This document shows, one piece after another, positions 1-12,000 of a stretch of DNA of 64,000 nucleotides. The stretch spans positions 3,658,001 through 3,722,000 of the forward strand of contig CDRNST010000006.1 of the NCBI GenBank assembly GCA_977016875.1, given 5' to 3'. Every line of letters begins with the position of its first letter. The stretch's first letter is position 1. Origin of the DNA: Pavona decussata. Taxonomy: Eukaryota. The translations under genes and the position numbers were made by a program. The notes under the pieces are model-generated. The model was not told the origin of the DNA. It did not search any database and saw only the letters and a program-made list of their open reading frames with translations.

Positions 1-70
1 CAAAATGCATTTGTGAAAACCAAGTTTACTTGACGTTTGATTGTGGATGGTCAACACATCAGAAACTTAC

Positions 71-3000
71 TGAGTAAATCCTTTGCAGGTATCGAGTCAT
101 CACTGTCAAGTAAGCAACAGACTCTTTCAGATCATTTGTCCTCTTGACAAAAAAGCCATCTACTACCTAAAGCAACATCAACACAAAACAATTACACTGC
201 AGCCGGTCTGGCTATAAACAACAGGGATTATGCGTTGCTTCGGCCAAGTGATTGGGGTTCAGAGTAAGGAAAAAAGGTGGTACCGCACGTAGGAAGTAAT
301 ACAGCAATTTCAATGAACGTTCGCGGTTTTGAAGAGTCTCGCGCTTAAGCAACAAGACTTAAAGGGATCATGGGAATTTCACAAAATTATCGAAAATTAG
401 CCGGGTTTAATTTGCGAAGATGTTTTGAGAGGAAGTCGTTGGCTGTCCTCGAGATGCTGACAAACTAACAATAAATTTCTACACAAAGAAAGACAAATTC
501 AAGACAGTCCCTTTGTTAAAAACAAATCAAAACGAAAAGACACCAAATGCATGAAATATGAACTTACTGTAAGTAATGACGACAGCATTTGATGGGGCCT
601 GTCGTTCTGTGAGCATAATGAACATGAAGTAAAACTGCTGACCAACCTGAGTATTAACAATGGCTTGCTGCAGTGTGCTCTCTGGAAGGCTCATGTGTTG
701 TATGGAGCCAAAATCCTCCACAAGATAGATTGGATGTCTTAAGCCGCAATGGTGCAAACGAAACTATAGCGGAACAGTAAGGGGACAAACAGCATTTAGG
801 TCGTTACTACTTTGTTTTCTACACCACCTAAATACTATTAAATTTGATTTAGTGTTGCTTAAAAAACCGCCAGTAAAAGGAAAATGTACGGCCCGGGGGG
901 TGGGGGTTACTCCCCTATATGGGCTATACGGGGACGTGCCGCTGGATATGGTATGGTTTTTGGCCCCTCTGTCCTGAACAGGGGATAAAATATCAAGTGA
1001 GTCTGTCCTAATCAGGGTCTAGACGCGTCCTAAACAGGGTATAGCTGCAAGACTGTCGTTGAATATTTAGCAATCCAAAATCAGAGACATTTATCTGTAT
1101 CTGTTTAGGAGGTGATCAGTCAACATTAGATCATTTTCAGGACTACATATTATTGCTATTGCTTTCAGTATCAAAATAGTGTCTTAAAATAGAGGGCGTT
1201 GTACTACACAGGGTAGGTATGTAGAGTGATTTTCGTCGTAAACAGGGTCAGGGTTTCAAACTCCCCAGGGGTACCCCTATACCCAAACATGGGTCAAGTA
1301 CCTCTCCACCCTGGATGAATATATAAATGAAAAAGCACGACATCCTGGTTCAGTTTAGCATGCAAATTGGTCACGATGAACAAAGAAAAAGAAGTCTAAT
1401 TATGCTTCCGTTCTTAAGGCAACCAGAGCTAATTTGGCCATGTAATTTTGGGGAATAGAGGATGACAGAACCCTACAACCGTCTATATCACAGAAGGCTG
1501 GGTACTTAAACTGTTACCCTAGAAAGACTTGCTCTGTACGCCACTTAAACAACATTTCAGACCTGTTGACTCCAACACGTACACCTTTAAGCGAGAAATG
1601 TGTTCAAGCACGTTTTTACTCTCGAGTTATAGCCTCAGCATTAATACAAGATAGAAGATAGACCTTTTGTTCCCGAAATCGACCATCAATGATACTTCCA
1701 CAGAGGTCATCCATTCTTTTCCTCTCAACTACATAATCCAGCACTACCTCGCGAGCTACTGGCACCGACAAACAACCTACAGCATGATCAAAAAACAATA
1801 AGGCACACTATTGAAAGTTTGTTTCTAAGAGCATCCCAAACTTCAGTTTTACTTGTTTTTGTTTGTGTTTAAATATGTGGCTAATCTGTTGGTAAATACG
1901 ATCACCTGGCAATAAGAAATGTTTACCGCAGCAAAAAAAGAAAAAAAAAATACAGAACGAAGCAGTGAGATTACTATCTTCTTTGCAGGAGGACAAACGT
2001 GAAAAAAAGCACGCGAAAGAATGAAAACAACAACAAAAAACATTGTAGACAGAAGAGGGGCAACGGTGCAAAGCAAAGAGAGTATTTTATGGTTGTTATT
2101 ATTTAGTAATCTTTACACACAATACCTGGTGTTGGCACAGTTCTTTCACGTGCTACCCACAGGAAGTCCCCAAGTTGTAGCTTACGGACATCAAATTGCA
2201 CTCCTAAGAGAAAATGTAATGCTCAATTATTCCTGCTACAAAAGACTTTCTATATGTACTAATTTTATCTACATAATACTTTGAGGAGGACTTCAAAATT
2301 GCACTTAAATGCCAACAGAATTCATTTCTGAGAGATTCTGAGAAATAATTATTTGATTCAATCAATTAAGGCAATAATAATAATAATAATAATTATAATA
2401 ATAAATAATTCTATAATAATTATTATGATAACACCTTCCCATATAATCCGTACCATTTTTCTTTAGTTCAGGTACAAGAGCAACTTTTCTTGACTTGGCT
2501 TGTCCTGTTGTTGTCTCATTGACATCAACGCACAACATAATATCAAATGTTCCTGTCAAAAAAAAGTTAGATGTAACTTAGGTTCATCTCAAATTTACTC
2601 ATAGAAACTAGTCATAATCAAAGATTAGGGAGTGCATTCGATGATCTCGATCCCAAACTCTCTCTTCTTTGCCGAGTTGGTAATGATGTCATCCACCCCT
2701 GTAAAATCTGCAGAGGATGCCAGATACGTGTCCCAAGATCAATTCATTTGTTGATCGATAGCCTGCGAGCAAGCTCTCCACTCCTTCTCCCCTCCCTGCC
2801 CCTCCTCTTCCCTAAGAGCTTGCTTGCAGGCTAGTTGATCGACTGTCCCATACAATCTCGAGTCCAATCTGTATTAGGAGTGCGTTCTTTCTACATGAAA
2901 TTCATACATTTGAACTGCAGGTGAAAGAACCATCAAAGTTATGTATGCAACTAATGTGCTTGCGAAAAGAAATCCAGAAAAAAAAAGTGAGGCTTGAACG

Positions 3001-6000
3001 GGATGTTCTTGTGCTTAAGTTTAATGATTTGTGATTCCAATGTGTTGATGTGTACTGAACCCAGTAAATTTGACAATAATTGAAGTGCTGAGAGCATAAC
3101 CGCCCTAAATGACTTTTAAGATTGATCGCTTTTTGTTGTAAGTTTTAGCTCAGATTCACCAGCTTTCCCATTTATTAGGGCTTGAATTCCATCAGGGAAT
3201 GTTGATCCAATGTTTTACCCGCTGCTTTGCGCTTTGTTTGCAAATTTTTATTTATTTAAAAACCTGTCGTTATGGGCAAGATTTCCATTTTTATCACAAA
3301 ACGAAGTGTAAAGCAGCCAATAAAACATTGGAACAATTTTTCCTGAAGGGATTCAAGGCCACATGCAAAAATACAGTGAATCTGACCTAAAATAACAAAA
3401 AGCAACCTGAAAAGTCATTTAGGTCGGTTATGGTCTCGGCCCTTCAATTTTAAGTTCAAGCCACTCTAAGTGTGATGATTAATTCTTCAATAGTGCTATC
3501 ACTGCATGAACATAATTCACAGAGTCATTTAGTTTGTCCTTTACTCCTGGGATGGGGAGGGTTGACCTCCCTAACAACACCTAAGCAGCTATGTGTCACC
3601 CATTGGGGTCATGATTTTGTGACTCTTGGTCTAGAACACAGTATCCATACCTCGGGCATTTTCTAGAATGGGGTATAATAAATTATTGCAAATGTACTCA
3701 AGCTTCAAAAATAACACTAAAATAACAATAATAATTATTTTGAACTCAAATTAGTATTGCATCCCTTATGCTGAAACAGATAGGGAAAGACAACAAAAAT
3801 CTGATTTGTGTGGAGACACAACTTTAGCATTTCAGATATATCAGTTGAACGAACAGGGGTTATGAAATTTAAAGAACATCTACAATGGGGCATAAAAAAT
3901 TGCCAATTTCTAGAGGAATACACTTAAGGAGCAGGGTCCAAATTTCTAGGCCTTGGCCTGTGTTCAGCTGAAGGCGGTTTACTAAGTAATATATCAAACA
4001 CAAGAAGGTGTGTTTCATCAGATATCCAAACACTGAGAAGTAGGTTGAAAAAACGAGGTGCACTCGAGTTTTTTAAAATGACTTTGAGGTGTTTGGAGGT
4101 CTGATGAAACACACTTTCAAGTGTTTGATATGGCTTCTCAAATGATCAATAATTCTCGGAGAAATTCAAGGCTAAAGTTGGCAAAATTTTATGGTAATTA
4201 GGAACACATATCCAAACCACAGCGACGGTAATGATTTTCTTTGTTTTCTCTTGATGAATTATTAATGAGTTTGAAAAGGATAGGGAACCCAAAGAGAGTG
4301 ACAGAAAATTCTTTGGAATGACCAACTGCAGAAAACTTGCACTTATCTTAAGATGCTTTATGTAACCTGGCCCTGGATGGCAAATATTTACCCAAAATTT
4401 TCTCAGACCTCCCCTGCTGGTGGTAGGGGGCATCTTCCAAACCCTGCTACTCTTCCCAAAGAATGTTTTTTCCTTAATCAGGTTGCATAAGGAGAGGCTA
4501 AATTATGTACAATGTACCTGGTCTCATCACAAAGTCATGGGTGAAACTGTCATTGTCTTCTTCAATCCTACCAAATGAAAAAAAATTAATGTAGTCTGTT
4601 ATATATCAAATAAGCTAGAACTTGAGCTCTAAGCCCAGTTGTTCAAAGCCTGATTAAGCCAATCCTTGTTTAACATGAACTTTGATTACTAATCATGTAC
4701 AACCAGATAAATTTTAGAAACATCCATGCAGTTTGGTGGTGTTTTCTTGAAAAAAGATATTGGACGATGTTAGAAATGGGTACAGGAGGCAAGTCAATGT
4801 TGAGGCACTTTTTGCTATCCTTTTATGATAAAAAAAGGTTCAAGCTCACCTTGGTTTGATTTCTTCTTGTTTTCTTTTTCTTACACTTGTAAAATTGTAA
4901 TAGCCAGTAGATTCCTTACAGATGCCTTCAGGTTCTTTCAAGTCTATACACACGTGCTGTACTAGTTTGGAATTCCTAGCTACCTCTGCAGTTGCCAAAG
5001 TGAAGTTTCTTTCACTTGTTAAATCAACTGTACTGCATCTTGATGGAGACTGGAAGGAGTCATTAGCAAAGGATGCAGTGGTGCTTGATACTGGTGACAA
5101 ACTGTCTCCTGTGACAGTCTCAAGCTTCTCAGCTAAACCACAACCTTCATCTGTCAGGGAATATCTGAAAACAAAACAAAAAAGTCTATTGCTTCCAATG
5201 AGCCTCAACACAGCTAGTAGTTAGCGGATGTTAATTTGACTTTTCACAGCTATGATTTGGACTTTTTTTTTTCAAAAGTATACGTGTAGCATGTACTAGA
5301 CATCTATAGAGGTCACTGTACATCTCCACTTAAATTATTTATATAAACAGTGAAGTTGCTATTATAATAATTACATCATAGAATTATTTCGTATCAGAAA
5401 TGTAGTTAACTGCAGGGTTGATACTCAAAAAATATTTCATTTAGCTTGTAAAAAAACACACCTGACCATATGCAAACCTGTGGAAGGTACAGTAAAATAA
5501 ATAAGGATCTGATGAAAGCAACAAACAACAACAACTTCATTTAACTATCACGAAAAATTATAAAAACAATGGCATGGCAGGGGCAAGGAAATTTTAACAT
5601 TAATTTTTTACTTAAAAGTTATATTTGCCCGTTTTACAATACCTGGCAGGGTTGTTTGTCTTGAGAATAAAGCCTTTCTTGATCAGTGTGGACATAGAAG
5701 ACCAAGCTGTGTAATGACTCCCGGGATCAGGCTATGGCAATAACAAGCACTTAGTCAGTTGTGTTAAGCTAGTTGAAAGGTTGTGTTCTATTGCAGTCAG
5801 CCATTTTCAGTTGGTTGCAGGCAGTGCTTGTGTCTTTTTCTTTTGTGTTTTGACATTTCTTTGCAATTTGGTTCTGAATAGTTTTCCCACTGCTACCATA
5901 CAATCAAACAGGTTGGGTTTGGTCAGATCTTCAGAAGTAAATGTTAAGATAAATACTGTACTTAAGTTTTGAAATGTTATGTTTACGGTGCATGCTGCTG

Positions 6001-9000
6001 CGGTAATCACTGCTTTCTTTAAATATGTTATTTATCTTTCTTTGGTTCATGCACGTGTTTGTTTCTGAGCAGTATAAATATTTTTGCTCAATTAATGTAG
6101 TTAGGTTTTTTGTAGAGTCAATGCATCTTTTAAGCATTCTGCTTTTCGAACACCAAGCTAAAGGAAACCTCCACTCTCGAAGCATGTTAACGTTACATTA
6201 TTGAAAATACAATTTTCTTTGAAATTTCATTGGAAATAATGGAAATAATATTTCAGTGACAGAAAAAACATAATTTGATTATCGGCTATTTTCGCTTTTA
6301 AATTTCCAGCACGCCGCCATCTTGGATTTCATGACGTAATAAGGTTGCTCAATTGTTTTACACAAAAGAACTTCTGCTGAATAACAATAGCGGCAACCAT
6401 TACACATCATCAAATTCAAAATGGCTGCCCCCAGGAAATTTAAAAGCGAAAGTTGTTGATAATCATATCTAATTTTTAACACACTTGAATGTCATTTCTA
6501 CGTTTTAGACGATTATTTAGAATTTAGACACTATTTCCAACGCTTAACCATCAATTTGTTGTGAGAGTGGAGGTTCCCTTTACAGGGGCAGTGTCACCTA
6601 TTTTTAGCATCACTGTGAATGGCCAAAAAACACCTTTTGTTTCAATGGAATCATTAAAATAATGGTTCAGTGTTGTTAACAATAACCCTACTAGTGTACA
6701 GAAACTAGTATTAATTATGTTTGGCTGTGGATGGCTAGGATGGAAATGGATTGCAACTTGAAAAAATTGGCAACTTTTTTCAAGTTCTTCATGTGTATTT
6801 TAGAGAAGCTGCTAAAATTTATGATGGTTTGTTATTCGTTGGAGAAAAACCTTAATATTTTTTTCCAGGTGTTGAAAGAGCAATTTCATGTTACCAAACA
6901 GTTCTTTGTCAAATATTTGTTCACTCAGTTTTGATGAAAATACAGCAAAATCAGCGTAACAATACCCCTTTAAGATCTAACAGCAAAATAACTTATTTTT
7001 AATTTATAAATTCCAATTTTCATTTTCATAGATTGACCTCTCCTTGTCCTAAACCTTAACTGTGTCCTGGAAATAAGCAATGCTGCACTTTTTTGACTAC
7101 ACACTCACATAAAACTTTACACAGTAATTATTATTTTACATTACCATGGTGAAGGAAGCATCACAGAGTGGCTGAGCTTCCTTTTGCAACTCAGGTCTGG
7201 TCATGTATCCTCGATAGCTGGGCCTCTGCAAAACAAAACATAACGGTGTACAAACCTGTTGTTTATTAAGGTTGCAATATAGTATGTTCAACTAAGACAG
7301 CTAATTTACAAAATAAGATCATAAAACTTGAATGAAGAAACATACGGACGGGAAGAAGAGATACCCTGGGAATGAGGTTGAAGAAACATATGATGCAAGT
7401 ACTGAATGTCTTGGATCACAGGTCCACCCTCCATTATGCCCTGTCCTTCACATAAGGTCCCTCCGTGTTATGAAATGTGAAATTCAAGCCAGTGTATTGA
7501 TGTTGAAAAGACAACAAAGCAGAATTTTGAAATAAGTGTCCCGGGTGTTTGCTATCGAGAAAACATAGTGTAACACCAAATCTTATGATTATCATTAGTA
7601 ATACAGCTTAGTACAGTCTGGGGTCCAATGAACTGTATAGCATAAGACACAATATATACTAAGACTAATAAGATCACATCATGCCAAAATGCCTTATTCG
7701 CTTTCTTGATATCCTAACTAGTAGTATACCTGCCAACTCTCACGCCTTAGGCGTGAGTCTCACGCCTGTGGGTTGAAAACTTCGATCTCACGCCGGCTCA
7801 CGCTTGCGGGCCAATTTCTCATGCTTGATTGAAAAATGTGAGTTGTTGCCGTCTTGCTTGACACAATTTCCAAAAATATGTTAACTCAGACCCATGTTAG
7901 AACAAAAAACCATGTGCAAAAGGAATAAATGACAATACCGTCCTCGCAATCTCTGATTTTTGAAGGTGAAAAGCACTGGGAGCAAGCTCGCGTCTATATG
8001 CGTCCTGAGAGTTCGGACGTCCTCAGAAGACTTCGGACGTCTTCGGAAGACTTCGGAATTCTTCGGGAATCTTTGGAAATAATCGTGTCGTCTTCAAAAA
8101 TCCCAGCACTCCCAGGATAAAAATCTCACGCCTATAACTTAGAAAAAGTTGGCAGGTATATAGTAGACCAAAGTACACCAAAGGGACATGCAAAAGTGTC
8201 CGTACACATCTGCACAATGTTTTATTGACACAAAGACTAAACATACAATTTACATGGAAAAGCGACTGTAACATAAATTCAAACTTAAGAAACCTTATGC
8301 TCATTCAAATAGTCTGCCACGGGAGTTAATGTTATCTTGGTCCTTTAAACGTGGCTGGCAATGTAATCATTTAAGATAGTCAGTGACTTTGCTCTGCACT
8401 CACATATTTTCAGTTTGTAGTTCAGCCAGATGGACTGAATACTAGACAATTTATAAAATGCACAGGTAACCAGTGTCGTAAAGTGAGGTTAACTTTGTAT
8501 GAGAGTGTGTCACTTGGGTCACAGAAAAGTGTATGAAAAGGCTCTGTATTAAGCGGGTGTCTGTAAAGAGGTTGCTCTGTACGACTAAAAATATTATTAC
8601 AGTCAGAATTCTCCATTTTTGGAATGAGACTACAGATGAAGCTTGAAACCAAGAAATGTTATATGCCTTGTGATTAATGAGAAATATGGATGTTATTGTG
8701 AAATAATGACCAGAATGCACTCTGACTGTATGTAAGACACACCCCAATCATTTCAACTTTATTAAAGTATAGAGTATTAGCAATAACCTGGCTTTGCCTA
8801 TACAGGGTCAGCATCAAAGCATGTGCTCCTGATCTGTAAGTTGGAATGTATTCACGCACCATTTTCGTCCTGCTTTGTTTCTTCTAAAACCAGTGAAGCA
8901 AAATCAGAGAACAAAAATCCAATCAATTACAAATATTTCATACTGACTTTACTTAGACCTTGTGGGTCTACTTTTGACTGACACTTTATAGAAAAAATAA

Positions 9001-12000
9001 TTATTGTAATTCATTATAGTTAACATGAAATGATTATTCATCTTGGACAAAAAAATGCAAAATGCACCATAATAATGTTATATTAATTTTATTTCAATTT
9101 ATTGTAACCCATTAACCCCTGAACCAGCTGGGGACTACATAATTTATGGTCCTTGTACCAACCATGACATCATCACTTTTAATACCAGATATTTTTTGTA
9201 CATGTATCAACTGAATCTTATAACGCATGCAAAAATGAGCCTGATTTTATTGAACATTGCCCACAGAATCAAAGAGCTACTTTAAACTTGTCCTTCCCCG
9301 CAACTGACGCTTCTCATCAAAAACTTTCGAATTTCTTAACGTTAAGGCAGAAACTTTCTCGATAGCGATAAAGGCGACTGAAAGCCCAGTAAAACCCCTA
9401 AAGAATGCTTTTCTCATTCCAAAATTTTGCTTAATACATGTATGTGTACTACTGCATGCCCTCAAAAGATATCAAGTTTGGCTCATCTAAAATAATAAGA
9501 AAAAAAATTATTTTCCACACCACAAACAAAGATTTTGACAGCTTGCCTGCAATTATTGGTCAGGACAACTGGAAACTGATTATTAATAATAAATTGATTG
9601 GAATCAAAATAGTGTTGTCATCTTGACGTACAGATTATATGGTAGTTAGTTTGAATGAAGCCAGCAGATGGTACAGTAACTAGGAACTGCCTGAGTAGGA
9701 AAATGTCGCACAAAAGAAGCTATTGGTAAAAATGTTAAATAGAAATGTATTTTCTGACTAATGAATCGATAAATTGCCTAGACTGTATTTAGATCAATAT
9801 GCCATGTGAGTACCTTAGGAGTCCTTTTTTTAACGGCATCAATATCCAAGTCCAGCAGTGGTGGAGATGGAATACTCAGTGATTCTATCACAGGATTTAT
9901 ATCTCTTGAATACTGTTCCTGTACAACATCGTATCTAACAGCCACTGAAAGTAAACATCCATAACATCAAGTACAGAATTACATGGCATTTCTCTCTACT
10001 CACTGTCCACACAAGAAGATGCAGGTACAGTGTATTCTCAAGGTTGCCATGTTGCACATGTATTGGTACAGTGTACATCATAACATTTAAGATGATGTTA
10101 CATTGAACAATTTTTGATGACAAGTTGTGAATGTGCAACTTTAGGTGCACAGACATCTTGCAACATTTTGTTGTGTCAATGTATTCCAAGATTTTGAAGC
10201 TAGATAGTAAAAATGCAATGTCTTGCCACAACAATATTGAGTTGCCATGACACAATGAGTAGTCTATATGCCGTTACATGTATGTGATAACAAGTCACAA
10301 CAATATATTATTGCGTTAAGATCATTCTGTGTGGCATTGTCTTTATAGTTTAGCTGTTATCAAAGGGTTCATATTAATTACACTTATTATTTAATAGGTC
10401 TTCACTAATTCCTCACAAGATAAAAATACATGTCCTATGCTACAATGATTATAAGAGAACTTAAAATTGAAAAATAATTATTACAGAAAGATAGCTATAC
10501 TAGTTTTTACAATAACTGTCTAAGTTCCTGCGCGCTGATTGGCTCGTAGCTAATTTGTCTATAAGAGTGCAGACAATAAATGATGTAACGCGCGCGCTTT
10601 CTCAACGAAAAAAAATAGCCAATTCCGCTCGTACTTTTTCCATGTTATTGTAAAAAGCAAATCAACGGCAGTTTTCTATGGTCTATACTCTTATAGACCA
10701 TAAAATGATGCCATAAAATGTCCAAACTTGGCAGTGAAACCAGTCGCCTGCGGCTCGTGGTTCCACTTGAGTTTTGAACATTTTTTGACGTCATTTTATG
10801 GTCTATAAGAGTATAGACCATAGAAAACTGCCGTCGATTTGTTAAGTAATAACTGTTTGTAACAGAGTACTCATAATCACTCCAAACAGGGCAATGATAC
10901 CGTAAAATTCCAAAAGTAACGACCCTCATTACTTTCAGAATAAGCAGCCTTTGAGGCTTGTTACTTACTCCCCCTAGCAATGTTGACAGCAACTGGAATT
11001 ACTTGGACTGTAGATAAACACAGCAACATAACAACATTGCTTGAAGGAGGGGAGCGGAACATTTCATGTTGAGTTTTGGAAATTGTCCCAACATATTTGG
11101 CCAGGATTGTAGGTATTTCATCCTTCCTTTTTAGAAGGGTGGGAGTACACAGACAACACAAAACTCACTTACACACTTACCTTCCTGATTACTGGCATGA
11201 TATTTTGCCATGGCTTCATCCAGCCTGCGAGCTATCATTTCACCTGTAAGCAAACACATTGAAACACATTTATGAAAAGAGAATTGAGTGTTGGTGCACT
11301 CAAGTTTGTTTCTGGACTGCACATGATCCGGCCATCCTGCATCATTTATCATTGGTATACCAGTACTTACCAATATTATCAAGTATCATTGCATCCTTTC
11401 CACAGCTTAAAGGTAACGGATACTTCTTCAAGGCAGCAGCTGCCTAGAAAAAAAATGTAATTTATACAATATTATTGTGAACTAGAATACCACACTGTAC
11501 AATATCATGCATTTTAAAAGATAACAAGAGAGAGTAAGTTGGCACACAAGGTTGAAATCTAGGTAAATACATTTTTTAATATTTGCTTAGTGATTCAAAG
11601 TATTCAGCTTATAAATGCACTGCTTCTAATAATTCCTTTTTATTCATATTATCATCAGCCCTTGCGAATACCATGAGAAAATACCTTTTTGCAGTAAAAT
11701 CTGACCGCAGTTTGTCAGAGCGCGCGCGGTTTAGCATGCATCATTGCACAAATATATCAAAATTAACGAAATGAAAAGATTTTTTTGCTTCATAGATCGA
11801 TCACTGAGGTATGCTAAAACAATTAGACGGCTCGCTTTCGGTTTCTATCGCCTTTGATAGTTCAGCCGATAGAAACCTCGAGCTCGCCGTCTAATTGTTA
11901 ACTATTGTTATTTGCTCCCTACTGGGATTACAAAATTGAAGGGAAAACAAAATGAATTCTAGTAGTTGTAGTCAAATGGCACCATCATGAAAATAGCCAA

